From an uncultured SAR86 cluster bacterium (GTDB lineage: Bacteria > Pseudomonadota > Gammaproteobacteria > Magnimaribacterales > D2472): 64,000 bases of DNA. Location of the stretch: positions 328,233 through 392,232 of the forward strand of contig CALSPZ010000001.1 of assembly GCA_943788365.1 (NCBI GenBank), read 5' to 3'. Both the position numbers and the translations under genes were made by a program. The notes below the pieces were generated by a model. That model ran no database searches and was not told where the DNA came from. It worked only from the letters and a program-made list of their open reading frames with translations. Positions 62,274 to 64,000 of the stretch are shown here, one piece after another (the first letter of the stretch is position 1; each line of letters starts with the position of its first letter).

Positions 62274-62301
62274 ATTCTACTGAGTTTAATCCAATAATCA
62301 A
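62274..62301 (-). promoter_or_regulatory. candidate sigma70 promoter for tRNA-Ser (-35 TTGATT, 16-nt spacer, -10 TAGAAT)
   Basis: Read on the minus strand. The -10 element ends ~16 nt upstream of the mature tRNA 5' end. Confidence 0.4.
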
Positions 62302-62329
62302 CATTTATTTAAAATGCATAAAATTGGGT

Positions 62330-62350
62330 TATCCGTAGAATATCCGTAGA
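62330..62350. repeat. tandem direct repeat TATCCGTAGA(A) x2
   Basis: Read directly: TATCCGTAGA at 62330-62339 and again at 62341-62350. Confidence 0.6.
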
Positions 62351-62371
62351 TTAATTTAGGCTTTTTACAAT

Positions 62372-62857
62372 CTAAAGGTGTTTTGATGCAAGATTTTTAA
62401 TAAATAATTTTTCAGGCTCCCTATATTCAAAACCAACTCTTTTACCCCAAAATAAGTTGAGCTCAAGAGGGATATCAAAAATTGTAAGGCTTTCAAAGCT
62501 AGACTCTTTTCTATTTTCTGATCTTGTGGCAAGAGTCGTATAATCTCTTTGCACAAACCAATCCCACCATTCATCATCATTCCAGTCTGTTTCTAATAAT
62601 ATTTTAAACGTATCTCTTCTATGATGCTCATGGGCCCTTTCAAGCCCTTTAGGTAAATTAAAATTATTTGATGCAAATAACTTAAGTGCGCCCAATGTAA
62701 TTGCCTTAGGTCTCCATCCTGTTCCAGCTCCAAGTGAAAAAAGATTACCTAGCATATCTACTTTTTTTTGATATTTGAGCTCATCTGACCTATGTATTAG
62801 ATCAAAACCCACACATATATATTCTTTTAATCCAACTGGAAGGTTTTTGGGAATCAT
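62372..62857 (-). CDS. hypothetical protein (no family recognised)
   Basis: ORF of 161-177 aa. I prefer ATG 62857, which avoids a 38-nt overlap; ATG 62905 is the alternative. Trp/His-rich core LERAHEHHRRDTF...DWNDDEWWDWF. Confidence 0.45.
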   Translation of the reverse strand: MIPKNLPVGLKEYICVGFDLIHRSDELKYQKKVDMLGNLFSLGAGTGWRPKAITLGALKLFASNNFNLPKGLERAHEHHRRDTFKILLETDWNDDEWWDWFVQRDYTTLATRSENRKESSFESLTIFDIPLELNLFWGKRVGFEYREPEKLFIKNLASKHL

Positions 62858-62867
62858 CGATATCTTA

Positions 62868-63626
62868 TTAGAGGTCCTTAAATGATGTGACCCTATCATT
62901 CTCAAAGGTAACTTCTAAACTATATGACCAATTACCTCTTTGATTTTCGAATCTTCCATACTTATATTTAAATACCTGTTTATCCTTAGTGATATTACTT
63001 TTTTTATCATATTTTTGACCTTTTAGGTCACTCACAAGCTTACTATGCATCCCGATACATAACTTGCCCCCTTTAAATGAATTCCATTCTTTATCATGAA
63101 TACATAGAGTCTTGAGTTTTTTTAGAATTTCATTTCTAGCAGCTTCTTTTTTTTCCAACAAAGCATATCTTTTTTCTGATTTTACTCTTTCTAATTCATC
63201 TTTCTTTGCTTGTTTGAATGCTATAAGTTTATTTTTTTCTATTGTTTTGTTTTCAGATATATATCTTTTAATTTGAACCAAGTCATCAGACTTGTCCATA
63301 TATTTAAAACTTATCAATTTCTTTTGAACTAAAGAGTGATGATCATTTTTTTTAATCATTTCTAGCAACTCTTGAATCAGATCAGTCTCTTTATTCTTAT
63401 CATGAAACCGTTGAGATATTAATTTTAATTTATCTTTATTTTTCTTAGGCCCTAAAAAATAGAATAAACCCACCAACAATACTTGAACAACAACCAATGA
63501 AATTAACAAAATAAGCGTAAAATCTGGGTCCTCAAAATACATTAGCACTTGACCAAGAATACCCATCATAAAAAGCCCAATCATGAGCCAACAAAAACCA
63601 ACCCATCCTTTCCAAATAAAATTCAT
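62868..63626 (-). CDS. hypothetical membrane protein: 2 TM + Lys/Glu coiled coil + small C-terminal beta domain
   Basis: An N-terminal pair of TM helices, a ~110-aa charged helical region, and a C-terminal CIGMHSKLVSDL...WSYSLEVTFENDRVTSF segment reminiscent of BamE/SmpA-like folds (weak). Confidence 0.45.
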   Translation of the reverse strand: MNFIWKGWVGFCWLMIGLFMMGILGQVLMYFEDPDFTLILLISLVVVQVLLVGLFYFLGPKKNKDKLKLISQRFHDKNKETDLIQELLEMIKKNDHHSLVQKKLISFKYMDKSDDLVQIKRYISENKTIEKNKLIAFKQAKKDELERVKSEKRYALLEKKEAARNEILKKLKTLCIHDKEWNSFKGGKLCIGMHSKLVSDLKGQKYDKKSNITKDKQVFKYKYGRFENQRGNWSYSLEVTFENDRVTSFKDL

Positions 63627-64000
63627 CTAAAGCCCCAGCATTGTTTTAAATTGATCATCCTCTCTATGCCTTCTCATCTTAATCAGTGGCTTTATTAAAA
63701 GCCGGCCAATAGACATAAATAAAATTGATAATAATAGTATTACAAAGGATTCAGTAACTATCAATTCTTTTATATTTGTGAAAAATAACCAAGCGAATGT
63801 AAATCCAATAAGCACTAAATTTAACCCAGCAAATGCAAAAAAATGAATGGTAATTTTTTTAAATAATTTTATCTCTTTATAGTCTTGATCATATGTCTGC
63901 AATCTTTGCTTTAATATTTTAATTGTTTCTCTGTCTTGTGCGAGGATCTTTTCACTTTTAATTTTAATTTCTGACTCACCAATATAATCAAAAAATTTAA
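63627..64000 (-). CDS. hypothetical membrane protein, 5' end off-window
   Basis: The frame stays open to the window edge (KFFDYIGESEIKIKSEKILAQDRETIKILKQRLQTYDQ...), so the TTG at 63902 is probably not the true start. The C-terminal part has 2 TM helices. Confidence 0.4.
   Translation of the reverse strand, partial: KFFDYIGESEIKIKSEKILAQDRETIKILKQRLQTYDQDYKEIKLFKKITIHFFAFAGLNLVLIGFTFAWLFFTNIKELIVTESFVILLLSILFMSIGRLLIKPLIKMRRHREDDQFKTMLGL

Noticed and set aside
61755-64000. Genomic island integrated at tRNA-Ser.
   Set aside because: I saw no integrase or recombinase and no duplicated tRNA 3' segment. The unassigned ORFs lie on the 5' side of the tRNA, whereas tRNA-targeting elements insert at the 3' end.
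1-64000. CRISPR arrays, IS elements or transposases, prophage genes, rRNA, toxin-antitoxin pairs and known defence-system domains.
   Set aside because: None were recognised in any ORF translation or intergenic region by eye. This is an absence call made without search tools.

Overview
The window is visibly AT-rich and very densely coded: about 60 genes, many with overlapping or abutting ends. By gene content and order it looks like core chromosome of a streamlined marine gammaproteobacterium. A SAR86-like lineage is my guess from AT-richness, lipid and TonB-receptor content, and Pseudomonas-like synteny; this is inference, not proven.

Content, all called from motifs read by eye with no searches run:
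- Respiration: the complete Na+-NQR operon nqrABCDEF-apbE-nqrM, preceded by a long-form gap gene.
- Central carbon: aceA, purB, mnmA, icd.
- Housekeeping: clpS-clpA, infA, hemH, trpS.
- Polymer and peptide degradation: a GH16 lipoprotein, an M14 carboxypeptidase and oligopeptidase B.
- Lipid and electron transfer: a TonB-dependent receptor, a ceramidase-like membrane protein, etfBA and ETF-QO.
- Envelope array on the minus strand: lolC/E-lolD-exbB-exbD-msbA::lpxK-kdsB-murB.
- One tRNA-Ser(UGA).

I saw no transposase, integrase, CRISPR array, rRNA or recognisable defence genes.

Most notable observations:
- A single ORF fuses MsbA to LpxK.
- murB is broken by one frameshift but is otherwise intact.
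- A PhnZ/MIOX-like HD-domain protein sits in a tight operon with two lipase-like hydrolases, a GPH/MFSD2-like transporter and a PaaI thioesterase, transcribed directly behind the tRNA.
- A sulfotransferase-like gene is paired with a class IV aminotransferase gene.
- The palindrome TGTAAA-N3-TTTACA recurs at the gap and etf/ETF-QO promoters.
- Unassignable membrane and coiled-coil ORFs run off the 3' edge of the window.

I found no clearly new multi-gene system. The candidates above are hypotheses.
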